Under the pieces are notes generated by a model that saw nothing but the letters and a program-made list of their open reading frames with translations, ran no database searches and was not told the origin of the DNA. Positions 12,271 to 23,304 of a stretch of DNA of 64,000 nucleotides are shown one piece after another; positions within the stretch are counted from its first letter, which is position 1; every line of letters starts with the position of its first letter. A program made the translations under genes and the position numbers. The stretch is from Narcine bancroftii. Its lineage: Eukaryota. The stretch spans positions 123,008,001-123,072,000 of the forward strand of contig NC_091477.1 of NCBI RefSeq assembly GCF_036971445.1, written 5' to 3'.

Positions 12271-13634
12271 GTGGATTGGGAGGGAGGGGTCTCTGCGTGT
12301 CCTGGGAGGTGATAGAGATTATACAGCGAGGTCTGTTGGATGTGGAGACTGTGGGGTAGAGGCGCAGGCAAGCCTGGAAGGGTTTCACCAAGAAGGTCTG
12401 GATGAACATGGTCTCCCAGTCAGGGCCCAGTCCCGGGGAGAACCAAGTCTGGTGAATGGGCAGAGAGATGGACAAGGACAATGAGGGCAAACCTGGCTGG
12501 GAAACCCCATGATCCTCTTGGGCCCCTCCTGCACCATTTGATGGGGTGGTACTAGGTCGTGTATCTTAGCACATTTTCCTGTGCTGGGAGAGTGGAGAAC
12601 AACAGGACCGACATGCAGGCCAGGAAGGAAGACCTCTCACAGGGTGAGGGATGTGCACTGAAGGCAGGTTCCAGTGGGATGAGGACTTTATAAGAAGGCA
12701 GAGGTGTGAAAGGAATTGTCCTGTGGCAGAGCATAGGAAGATGGTTGCCTGCAGCAGGTCCGGGGAGGTTGTGGCTGGTCACTGAGGTAATGTGTGTTGA
12801 GTGGGGTTAATTATTGGCAACATCGTTCGGGGACTGAGGGCAGCCCAGTGTGCCAGGCAACGGTGCACCACACTCTCCTAACCCGGACACACCCTCTTAT
12901 TACACTCGATACGCACAATTAACCTCTCAATGATTGTCCTCAAAGTCAGACACTGCATCAAACCTGCAATGCACAAACAGGCCATTCAGCCCACTGGATT
13001 TGCAAGCCCCAAGAGACACACTCTCAACTTGGTCAAAGTGACAGGTAAAATGCAGTCTGCGCCCCGAATGCCTCCCCTTCAGGCGATACTAACCTGTGGG
13101 CTTCCAGCTCTGTCCAAACTGATTCTATTCGATTTTCTGAGCTACAATCCAATTAATTTGGGTGGGGGGAGACCCCTCTGCCCATTGAGCTGGCCTTTCA
13201 TGCCTTAAGATCGTGGGTGATCCGATTGCAAGCTGAACCACATTCCCACACGTCCCTATACTTATCGGGAATCCATCCAGTTCTGTCGAGCAACACCTGA
13301 AGGCTCGATTCTCATCTCCCCTTTGAGGGAGATAGTGGCAAAGACTGAGAGAAAAAAAGATTTGCTTTGTTTCCCTTCAAAGGGTTCCGCACATTATTAA
13401 GCAGTGTCTTCAGTGCTGCATCTTCCTGCAGGAGATATCGTCTCCACACCCACCCAAAACCTAGAACATTCCAGGCCCCTCTCCCTTCCCCACTCCAGCA
13501 GATTCAAGCCCAGCCAGACCAACTCTCCCTAGAAGTCCTGTAAATCCTGTGTCCCAACATGTGCCCCCAGGCACAGCCTCACCCCCTAACTGTCCCACTG
13601 AGCCCATGTTGGGACTAACTCCCCAAGTCTGTTG

Positions 13635-13960
13635 GCCAGCTCACCAGCAGGAGCTGTGCTGGGAATCCCCCCTCTCCAACAGGGGATAAGGTAGGAATCT
13701 CCCCTCTTGCCAGGTAGGGCCCAATTGGGAATGCCCCTGTCACCAGCAGGAGCTCTGCTAGGAATTTCCCCCACCTCCTCCTCACTAGGAGGGCCCTGCT
13801 GGGAATCTCCCCCTCACCAGCAGGCACTTTGCTGGGAATAGCCTTCCCTCACCAGCAGGGGCTGTGCTGGGAATGGTCCCCACCCCCCTCACCAGGAAAA
13901 AGTTGTGCTGGGAACCTTCCCCTCACCAGGAGGGGCCCTGCTAGAAATCCCCATTTCCCC
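13635..13960. repeat. Degenerate ~35-40 bp tandem repeat in CLDN16 intron 1
   Basis: Recurring CCCTCACCAGSAGG...TGCTGGGAAT units. Confidence 0.8.
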
Positions 13961-13965
13961 CTCAC

Positions 13966-14082
13966 CTCCAAGCTGTCGTCAGCATTCACCATCCAGCAGT
14001 CAGTGGACGTGGCCACTACGAGGAAGGCAGCAGAGAGCAGGGAGATGAAGACCCTCCCGAGCTGCATCTCCGGCCTCATCAT
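13966..14082 (-). CDS. CLDN16: Claudin-16 coding exon 1 (117 nt from first ATG)
   Basis: [39 protein letters not shown]; [13 protein letters not shown] is characteristic of CLDN16; donor GAG|GTGAGG, phase 0. Alternative ATGs at 14079 and 14067. Confidence 0.95.
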
Positions 14083-14301
14083 AGCCCGAGAGACTGAGTT
14101 CCAGGGATGGGCGTGGAGAACAGCCCGCCCCACAGCCTCCTGCCCCAGGTGACCCTCTCCTGAACGAGGTGCTGGCCAATCACATCACCATAAGCAATAC
14201 CAACTCCACACCCTGTTCATGGGACTGGCACTGGGTCCAGCACAGCACACAGGAAGGGGGGGGGGGGGTGGGGTGTTGGGGGGTTGGGTGGAGGGCTGTG
14301 T

Positions 14302-14552
14302 GCAGTAAAAACACGATGCTGGAGAAACTCAGCAGGTCAAACAGTGTCCTTTATACAGCAAAGATAAAGGTAAATAAGCAACGTTTCAGGCCTGAGCCCT
14401 TCATTAAGGCATCTTCAGGAAGGGCTCAAGCCCAAAACGCTGGTTCTGTATCTTTCCCTTTGCTGTATAAAGGACACTGTTTGACCAGCTGAATTTCTCC
14501 AGCATCATGTTTTTACTGCAACCACGGTGTCTGCAGAATTACGTGTTTTACT
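14302..14552. mobile_element. Palindromic Penelope-like-derived element with degenerate hammerhead-like cores
   Basis: Arms about 14302-14410 and 14415-14520 are reverse complements; each carries a variant of CCTTGATGAAGGGCTCAAGCCCGAAACG. Confidence 0.65.
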
Positions 14553-14887
14553 TCAGAGCGATGTGTGGGTCAGAGTGTGGGTGGGAATGTCGGGATGTGT
14601 GTGGGGCAGGGCGTTGCATTCGGCTGTGAGTGGGGTGGGGCAGTGCATTGGGCTGTGTGTGGGGCTGTGTGTGGGCTTGTGCAGGCCATGTATGAGGGCC
14701 TGCAGTCTGCCCAGAGCTGTGTGCTTTTCCCATGGCCCTTTCATGGGATATTTTAATCCAGAAATTGCCTGCTCATTGATACCTTGAAGAAGGGCTAAAG
14801 CCTGAAATGTCATTTTTTAAAATCTTTATCTCCTATGGACACCGTGAAACCTGCTGAATTCCTCCAGCATCTCTGTATTTGTACCAT

Positions 14888-15195
14888 TGAATCTTCAGGC
14901 TCCTGGACTTCCTTCCTGATGGTATCAGAGTGAAGAGGGCATGGCCTGGGTGATGAGGGTCCTTGAGGGTAGAGGCTGCTTTCTTGAGACACATGTCCTA
15001 TCGACGTCCTCGATGGAGTGAAGACTGATGCAGTTCACAAATCTCTGTAGTCTATTCCTGTCCTGAGCGTTGGCACCTCCGTCTCAGATAGAGATGCAAC
15101 TGGTCAGAATGCTCTCCACAGTACACCTGTGTAAGGGATTTACCCACCTCCTGAAGTACACAATCAATTCTTTAGTTTTACTGACATTGAGCGCA
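14888..15195 (-). mobile_element. Rex1/Babar-like LINE 3' fragment
   Basis: Reverse strand gives HPGHALFTLIPSGRKSRSLK, resembling Rex/Babar C-termini; similar pieces at about 21130-21490 and 46250-46640. Confidence 0.6.
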
Positions 15196-15196
15196 T

Positions 15197-17180
15197 GAAC
15201 ATAGAACAATGCAGCACACTACAGGCTCTTTGGCCCCTGATGTTGTGCTGACCCATTTATTCCTTCCTAAAAAAAATCTGATCCATCCACCCCGAAACCC
15301 TCTATTTTTCTTTCATCTATGTGTCTAAGAGTCTCTTAAATGCCCCCAATGTTCTGGCCTCCACCATCATCCCCGGCAAGGAATTCCAGGCCCCCACAAC
15401 TCTCTGGGTAAAAAAAAATCCAAATTCTTGTAGGGCTTATATACAAAATAATGGAGAAACTCAAGCATTTTACAAGCGTTCTGAACATACATGAAAGACA
15501 GGAGGATGGCTAAAGAGAGGGTAGGATCGATTAGGGATAAAGGAGGCAACATGTGTCAGGAAACAGGAGGTAGGGAAAGACCTAAATGAATAGTTGCTTC
15601 AGTGTTTACCAGGGAGAGGGACCTTAGTCAACGTGAGGTCAATGTAGAATCGCCAATTGTACTGGATCATTTTGAGGATAAGAAGGAGGAGTGCTGGATC
15701 TTCTCAATATTCAGATCGATAAATACCTAGGACCACATGAGATAAATCCTAGGTTATTACAGGCAGTGAAGAAAGATATTGCTGAGGCATTCACAATGAC
15801 CTTTGCATCATCCCCAGCCACAGTGGAGGATCGGAGAATGGAAAATGTAGCTTCTTTACTTAAAAAAAGCTAGGAGGGAGAATCCAGGGAATTGTAGACC
15901 AGTGAGCCTAACTATTGGAGAGGATTCTTAGGGGCAGAGTTTACAAGCATTTGGAGAAACATAGTCTCCTCAGGGATAGTCAGCAGGGCTTTATAAGAGG
16001 CAGTTCATGCTTCATGAGCCTAATTGAGTTTATCAAGTTGTTGACAAAAGAAAATGATGGAGGTAGGGTGGACCATGAGGGGTATGTAGATTTCAAAAAG
16101 GTGTTTGTCTAGATCCCCTCTGGTAAACTCATTCAGACAGACGTGAAGCATGGGAAACTTGGATCTGTCTAGACATGAAGCATGGCGTCCTTGGATCCAT
16201 CCAGATATGGTATGGGGTCCTTTTCGATCCATCCAGACATGAAGTATGGGGTCCTTGGATCTGTCCAAACATGAAGAATGGGGTCCTTGGATCTGTCCAG
16301 ACATGAAGCATGGGGTCCTTGGATCCATCCAGACATGAAGCATGGGGTCCTTGGATCCATCGAGATGTGAACCATGGGGTCCTTGGATCTGTCTGTTTAG
16401 ATTCAGAATTGATTTGCCTGCAGAAGTCAGAGGGTAGTAGTTGATGTAATGTATCTGCCTGGAGGTCAGTGACGTGGAGTTCTGCAGGGATTTACTTTGT
16501 GATTTTTATAAATGACCTGGATGAAGAAGAAGAGGGGTGGGTTGGTAAGTTTGCAGATGACATGAAGGTTGGGGAGTTGTGAATAGTGTTGAAAGTTGTC
16601 ATAAGTTACCACAGGATATAGACAGGATGTAAAGTTGGGCAGAGAAGTGGCAAATGGAATTCAATCCACATAATCTGCCAGGGCCTGACCTGGAGGGAGG
16701 CATTTTATTCAGGTGCCTGCCAGCTTTTTGCTCATATCTGGACAAAGTGATCAGGTCTGAAACATTGGTTACCCTTTACTTTCTACAGATGTTGCGCGAC
16801 CTGTTAAGTTTCTCCAGCACTTTTGTGTGTTCCTCTATTGAGTACAGGAGTTGGGATGTTATGGTGAAGTTTTATAAGATATTGGTGAGGCCAAATTTGG
16901 AGTATTGTGTGCAGTTTTGGTTACCTAACTACAGGAAGGATATCAATAAGATAGAAAGAGGGCAGAACAGATTTACTAGGATGTTGTCTGAACTTCAGGA
17001 ACTGAGTTGCAGGGAAAGGTCCAACAGATTAGGACTTTATTCCTGGAATGCAGAAGAATGAGGGGAGATTTGACAGGGATTTACAAAATTATGAGGGGGA
17101 TAGACAGTAAATACAAGCAGGATTTTCAACTGAGAGATGGTGAGACAAGAATAGAGGAGATGGGTTTAAGAGTGAAAGGG
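15197..17180. mobile_element. Cluster of CR1 fragments (15197-15410 minus; 15470-17180 plus)
   Basis: GPHEINPRLL, DSQQGFIRG, YVDFKKVF, KFADD and LVRPNLEYCVQFW motifs. Confidence 0.85.
16145..16395. repeat. 32-bp tandem repeat CATGAAGCATGGGGTCCTTGGATCTGTCCAGA, about 8 copies, inside CR1
   Basis: Directly visible; period 32 (for example 16270 and 16302). Confidence 0.9.
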
Positions 17181-17493
17181 GAGGGAGGAAGGGTGTGGAG
17201 GGGATGTGGGTGAGAGAGGAAGGGTGTGGAGGAGATGGGGGTGAGGGAAGGGTGTGGAGGAGATGGGGAGAAGGGGAAGGGTGTTGAAGGGATGGGGTGA
17301 GGAGGGGACGGGGGTGAGAGGGGGAAGGATGTTGTGGGGATGGGGTGAGGAGGGGACGGGGTGAGGGGATGTTGCGGATGTGGGGGCTGCTTCTTCTTTC
17401 AGACAGTTTGTGGGATTTGATATGAGGATACCCCACTCCTTAGAAAGGAAAGCGTGTGCCTGAATGGATTGAGGTGAGTAGGGGGGGGGGGTT

Positions 17494-18075
17494 GCCTGTA
17501 AGGGGCGGGCCGTGATTGGGCGGTGCCTGTGAGGGGCGGGCCGTGATTGGGCGGTGCCTGTAAGGGGCGGGCCGTGATTGGGCGGTGCCTGTAAGGGGCG
17601 GGCCGTGATTGGGCGGTGCCTGTGAGGGGCGGGCCGTGATTGGGCGGTGCCTGTGAGGGGCGGGCCGTGATTGGGCGGTGCCTGTAAGGGGCGGGCCGTG
17701 ATTGGGCGGTGCCTGTGAGGGGCGGGCCGTGATTGGGCGGTGCCTGTGAGGGGCGGGCCGTGATTGGGCGGTGCCTGTAAGGGGCGGGTCGTGATTGGGC
17801 GGTGCCTGTGAGGGGCGGACCGTGATTGGGCGGTGCCTGTGAGGGGCGGGCCGTGATTGGGCGGGCCGTGATTGGGCGGTGCCTGTAAGGGGCGGGCCGT
17901 GATTGGGCGGTGCCTGTGAGGGGCGGGCCGTGATTGGGCGGTGCCTGTGAGGGGCGGGCCGTGATTGGGCGGTGCCTGTGAGGGGCGGACCGTGATTGGG
18001 CGGTGCCTGTGAGGGGCGGGCCGTGATTGGGCGGTGCCTGTGAGGGGCGGGCCGTCATTGGGCGGTGCCTGTGAG
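17494..18075 (+). promoter_or_regulatory. 31-bp tandem array at the putative CLDN1 promoter; each unit has GGGGCGGG (GC box) and GATTGG (reverse CCAAT)
   Basis: Unit GCCTGTRAGGGGCGGGCCGTGATTGGGCGGT, about 18 copies, ending about 35 bp before the ATG at 18111. The repeat is certain; promoter function is inferred. Confidence 0.75.
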
Positions 18076-18110
18076 GCCATCCACGTCCCGCTCCTATTCC
18101 CGCTCCGGAC

Positions 18111-18333
18111 ATGGCAAACGCCGGCTTTCAGCTGCTGGGCTTCGCGCTCGCCCTCCTCGGCTGGGTCGGGGTGATCACCAGCACGGCGCTGCCCCAGTGG
18201 AGGACCTCGTCCTACGCCGGGGACAACATTGTCACTGCCCAGGCCATCTACGAGGGGCTCTGGATGTCGTGTGTGGCTCAGAGCACCGGCCAGACGCAGT
18301 GCAAGGTGTACGACTCCATGCTGCAGCTCGGCC
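18111..18333 (+). CDS. CLDN1: Claudin-1 coding exon 1 (223 nt)
   Basis: [20 protein letters not shown]...[41 protein letters not shown]; donor C|GTGAGT; synteny with CLDN16 and P3H2 supports CLDN1 over CLDN7/19. Confidence 0.95.
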
Positions 18334-18364
18334 GTGAGTCCAGGGTGGTGATGGTGGGCGGGAT

Positions 18365-18586
18365 GGGACCGGGGGTCGCGGGGCGGCTGGGAGGGACCGG
18401 GGGTCGCGGGGCGGCTGGGAGGGACCGGGGGTCGCGGGGCGGCTGGGAGGGACCGGGGGTCGCGGGGCGGCTGGGAGGGACCGGGGGTCGCGGGGCGGCT
18501 GGGAGGGACCGGGGGTCGCGGGGCGGCTGGGAGGGACCGGGGGTCGCGGGGCGGCTGGGAGGGACCGGGGGTCGCGGGGCGGCTGG
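18365..18586. repeat. 28-bp GC-rich minisatellite GGGACCGGGGGTCGCGGGGCGGCTGGGA, about 8 copies, CLDN1 intron 1
   Basis: Directly visible; part of the CpG-rich region about 17490-18970. Confidence 0.95.
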
Positions 18587-18924
18587 CGTGGAGGGGCCAT
18601 GAAACGGAGCTGGAGACGGGACCGGGAATTTGGGTGGGTCGGGGGGAGGTGGAGGTGAAGGGGTCGGGGTGGGGAGTGTCCATGGAGCGTCCGCGAGAGT
18701 TGGCTGGGGAGAAGTAGGGAACAGGGCTGAAGACGGGTCCTCGACCGAAGGGGCAGACGCCGCCCGGTCTGGGAGTGGGTCCCGGTCTGGGAGCGGGTCC
18801 GGGTCCGGGCCGTGGATGCCCGGGTGTTGGCGTCGTTACAAACGTCGTGGTGCAGCCGGCAGGGTGGTTCTGTTGGTGGGGCCCCGCCACTGCCGCCTGT
18901 AGCTGCCGTGGATGAAGGCTCAGA

Positions 18925-20130
18925 GTCGTACAGCACCGTAACACGCCCTTCGGCCCAACCAGGCGATACCGACCGTTAACATTCAGGGCAGTCCCCTTAT
19001 CCTAAAGCCTTCATGTATCTGTCCACATGCCTTTGGGACATTGCCATCTCTCGTTCCCTCTGGCAGCTAATTCCAGAATCCAGCACCGTCTGTGGAAAAA
19101 GTTGCACTTAAGGTCCCTCTTAAATCTTCCCATACCTTAAACCTTTGCCCTCTAGTTCTAGAACAATCTACCATGGTGAGTAGACTGAGCATTCACTTCA
19201 TCCATGCCCCTGATGATATGAATATAGATCACCCCTCATCTTTGACTCTTGGAACAAAGAGCCAGCCACCCAGGATAAGTGGTGGTGTAGGAAGTGTGAA
19301 AGAAACCGAAAAGTTGCAGAGAGCCTTGGACAGTTTAAGAGAGGGGGCCGAGCAATGGCAGATGAGAAATGTACAGTTGGACATTTGGGAAAAGGAAATA
19401 GGCAGATTATTATTTGGATGGGGAGAAAATTCAAAATTTGGAAGTGCAAAGGGACATGGGAGTCCTCATGCAGGATGACCTAAAGGTTAATCTCCAGGTT
19501 GGATTGGCAGTAAAGAAAGTGAATACTACGCTGACACATTCATTTCGAGAGGAATAGCGTACAAGAGTAAAGAGGTGTTGATGAGGCTCTGTGGGGCTCT
19601 CATTTGAAGAACTGTGTGCAGTTTTGGGCCCGTCATCTTGGAAAGGACATAATGATGTTGGAGAGAATACAGAGAAGATTTACCAGGATAATTCCTGGAA
19701 TCCAAGGGCTCACCTATGAGGAACATTTAGTGGCTCTTGGACTGTATTCATTGGAGTGTAGAAGAATGAGAGGGTGTCTCATAGAGACATTTTAAATGCT
19801 GAAAGGATTGAATGGAGTAGATGTGAATAAGATGTTTCCTTTGGTGGGTGAATCCAGGACAAGAGGACACAGTCTTAGAATTAGAAGGGACCTATTTAAA
19901 ACAGAGATGAGGAGAAATTTCTTTAGCCAGAGGATAGTGGATTTGTGGAATTCATTGTCGCGTACAGCTGTGGAAGCCTGATCAATATGGGAGATTGACA
20001 GGGATCTAAATTAGTCAGGGAATCAAGAGATATGGGGAAAAGTTGGAATTTGGAACTAGATGTGAGAACAGTTTCGCTCAGGGTGGAGCAGATTCGATGG
20101 TGTTCTTTGATCTTGTGGTAATTCAGTCCT
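18925..20130. mobile_element. CR1 fragments (18925-19260 minus; 19270-20130 plus)
   Basis: NCVQFWARHL, RRMRGCLIETF and SRTRGHSLRI...RRNFFSQRIVDLWNSL motifs. Confidence 0.85.
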
Positions 20131-21789
20131 GGCACTATCCTGGTGAATCCCCTCTGGACCCTTCCATGGATTCAGTCACAATAAAGGGTCCTGACCTGAA
20201 ATATTGGCTGATGATTGTACCCATGGACTCTGCCTGACCGCTAAAGCCATCAGCCTCTCAATGTGTGCTCCTCTTGAGCCCTTCCTATGGCTGGGAGTTG
20301 AGAACAGCACAGAGTGTGCCCAGCGTGGGCTCATTAACGACTTGTACAGGTCAAAGGTGCGGATGTAAATATATTAATGACATGAATGTAAGTTGTAAAG
20401 AGGATGTAAGACATCACCAGAGGGATGGAGAAAGGTTCACTGAGTTGACCGAGATCTGGCAAGTGGAGCGTGAGGTGGGGAAATGAGCAATTGTGGATGT
20501 TGTTGGCAGTGCCTTGTGAGAGTGGGCCGTGCTGGGAGTGCAGAAGGGCTGGTATGTTCCAGAGGCAGTCAGGACACTGGTTATGTCAATGCCAGCAGGA
20601 ACAGGGCTGACCACATGAAAGGTTGAGAACAGTGGCCCATGTCCCCGATCTCCATGTCAGTTTGGCCAATTGACAGGGCTCTGGCCAGATAATGATCCAC
20701 CTTCTGATCTTCTTACTGAAGCACCTGATCTCACTCTTCCCTAATGTCATGCTCCATTGGGCACAGTTTCAGTCTCTCTGGCTCTCTCTCTCTCTTCCCC
20801 GCCCACCACCCCGGCCCAACCATTGGAGAATCACACCATCCCCTTCTGCCCATTGGCAAACTTGAAAACCTTGGTTCCCTCCTACAGATCATTAATGTAA
20901 ATAGTGGCCGACAGAGGGAGACTGATCACCAATGGGATCATAGTTAGGCAACATGGAAACAGGCCCTTTAGTCCAACAAATCTGATGCCTCGCACAATGG
21001 GAAGGGTTCTTCTGCAAACTGACCAACCAGTTGTCTGTAATTGTTCATACAGCCATGTACAGAACATGGTTAACAGAGAGAAGAGTTATGCTGAGAAGCA
21101 AGATGGATTAACACCAAGGAAGGGGAGCACTATTGTGGGGTTCCTTCAAGAGCCTGATGGCTGCGGCGAAGAAACTGTTGGTGCACGATTTCACACTCTT
21201 GATCCTTCTCCCAAAGGGGAGAGGGAGAAGAGAGTGTGTCCAGGGTCCTTCGACTGTCTTTCCCAGTTAGTTGAAGATGTAGACAGAGTCTGTGGAGGGG
21301 AGAGAGGTTTGAGTGATGTTCTGAGCTGCTTTCATCACCTCCTGTCCTTGAGCAGAGCAGCTCCTGTCCCAGCAATTCTGCTCTTGATGGTGGACTGTTA
21401 GGAGTTGTTGAAGGATTGGGGATGGGGATGTGGGGAAAATGCCTAACTCCACACCCACAAAGGAGATGCCTTTGTGACCATCGCATTAGCAGGCTTGTCC
21501 CAGGTCAGGACAGTATTTCTCTTCGCAACTTGAAGCTTCCTCCTCATTTAACTTCTGTACCGTTAATGGGGACTTCATCTCCTTCAACTTACTGATTATG
21601 GAGTGACAGGTTCTTGACACCAGCCCCATTTGCCTATGATTGGCCCATATCTTACTTGCTATGAACTTTACTGGTATCATTCAGAAGGTTGCTAACATGT
21701 TGGATACAGGAGACATGACAAACACCAGGGTGGTGGGAGGGGTGACGAGAGCAAAGGTTGGGCAGGCTAGATGTGGAGAGAATGGAAAA

Positions 21790-22215
21790 GGGGTGTCAGT
21801 GCCTCAGTGATAGAGCTGCTGACCTCGGTGCCAGGAATGTGGTTCCAATCCCAACCCCAACACTCCTGTTGGGAGTTTTTATTTTCTCCCTGTGGCCACG
21901 TGGGATTCTTCCCATACCCCAGAGACCCGCAGGATGTCACAAGTTGTCAGCCAACCTGCCTTGGTTGGGGGGGGTGGGGGGGGGGGGGGAGAGAGTGAAC
22001 ATTGTTACATTGGCAGATTTCCAGAAGCAACGTGACACCCTGCATGTTTGTTTTATAGTTGTGCTTCTGGCTGTAGATGTGTTAACCTGCCTGGATAGCG
22101 GGCAAAACAAAGCTTTGGACTGCATATTGGTACACATGACCAAAAAAATACCTGGTAGAAGTTAATTGGGTGTAAATTGGGCTTAAATATCCTGTTATGC
22201 TGAATGTCTAAATTA
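21790..22215 (+). mobile_element. Degenerate tRNA-derived SINE with internal insert
   Basis: GGTTCCAATCC B-box-like motif and GGGAGTTTTTATTTTCTCCCTGTG core as in other SINE copies; A-rich end near 22215. Confidence 0.55.
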
Positions 22216-23304
22216 AAAAAAACATTCAATGAATTGGTCCTGATGTGGTAGGCACATCAAAACGGGGAGGGAGGGGTGGGGGGGAAGGGTATGTTTTCTG
22301 GCCATGAGAGATAACAAGGACACAAGGAAATTTGGGGACTTGTCTCTCCACAAACCTGAAAGCCATGAACACTTTATCTCATGGAAGTTCCAGTTGGATT
22401 CAGTGCCTCCAGAGTTCTGATGTTTCAGAAGAGGACATGTTAGGGGAAGTTGCTGAGTTATCCAGAAAGTGGGTGATGTGGGGCTTTGTGGTAAAGCTGG
22501 TGTGTGTTCCATTCTTTAAGGCAAGAGGTCCTGGAGGGGTTAAGTTAATGCAGGATTTGTCTATAGAGTTTGTTTGCTTAACTACTGATGGTGATCTCAC
22601 TGTCAAGGGCAGGTTGGAACAGGGCAGATCACCTCACTGGTGTACTTGGCTGCTCTAATTCCAGTAATGATACGTGTTTGATAACAGCCTGGCTGTGAGC
22701 TGGAGGGAAGGTTGCACACTCCATAGGAGTCATGGAGAGGCAGTCTCCGGACCTCGTGTTGCACATCGTTCATGGAGATTTTCCTCCCTACCCTTAGCAC
22801 ACTCTCCTTCATACAGGAGCAGGGTTCACATACTTCCCTGAGAGGAGGGCATTTCTGACACGTCAAACTGCCAGAGTCCAATGATCCCTGCATTCTGTGC
22901 CCACATTCCTGACCTCTATGAAGGGTACATCCTCTCGTTTGGTTGAGAATGTGTCCATCATTTCAGTCATCCCTCTTGTCATCTACCTTCTGGGTTGGTT
23001 CCTGTCTCTCTGAGCAGTGCCTGCCATATTTCTCTTGTTAAAGGCATCATCTAAATGTAGGTAGTTGTTGATGCACCAGCCGAGAGGCAAGAGTGGGACA
23101 CCCCCTTGCTTTTTGCCCCCCGCTCTGTCGGATGTGACCCAGTTAGCTGAGATGCACTCTCTTGGCTGCATTGTGGAAGAGATTACAATGGGACAGATTT
23201 AGCAGCAGGATAACTGCAGCCATCTGGGCTGGGGGCGACTGTTCACAAAAGGAAACAGGAGCAAGAATAGGTCATTCAGCCCTCTGATGTGCTCCACCAA
23301 GTAA

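Noticed and set aside
18334-18602. Single-exon 163-aa claudin from the ORF track
   Set aside because: Read-through into the intron-1 repeat; a canonical donor at 18334 and downstream exons give a full 208-aa protein.
17166-18944. 592-aa antisense ORF over CLDN1 exon 1
   Set aside because: Explained by GC-rich repeats and the antisense of a GC-rich exon; no domain recognised.
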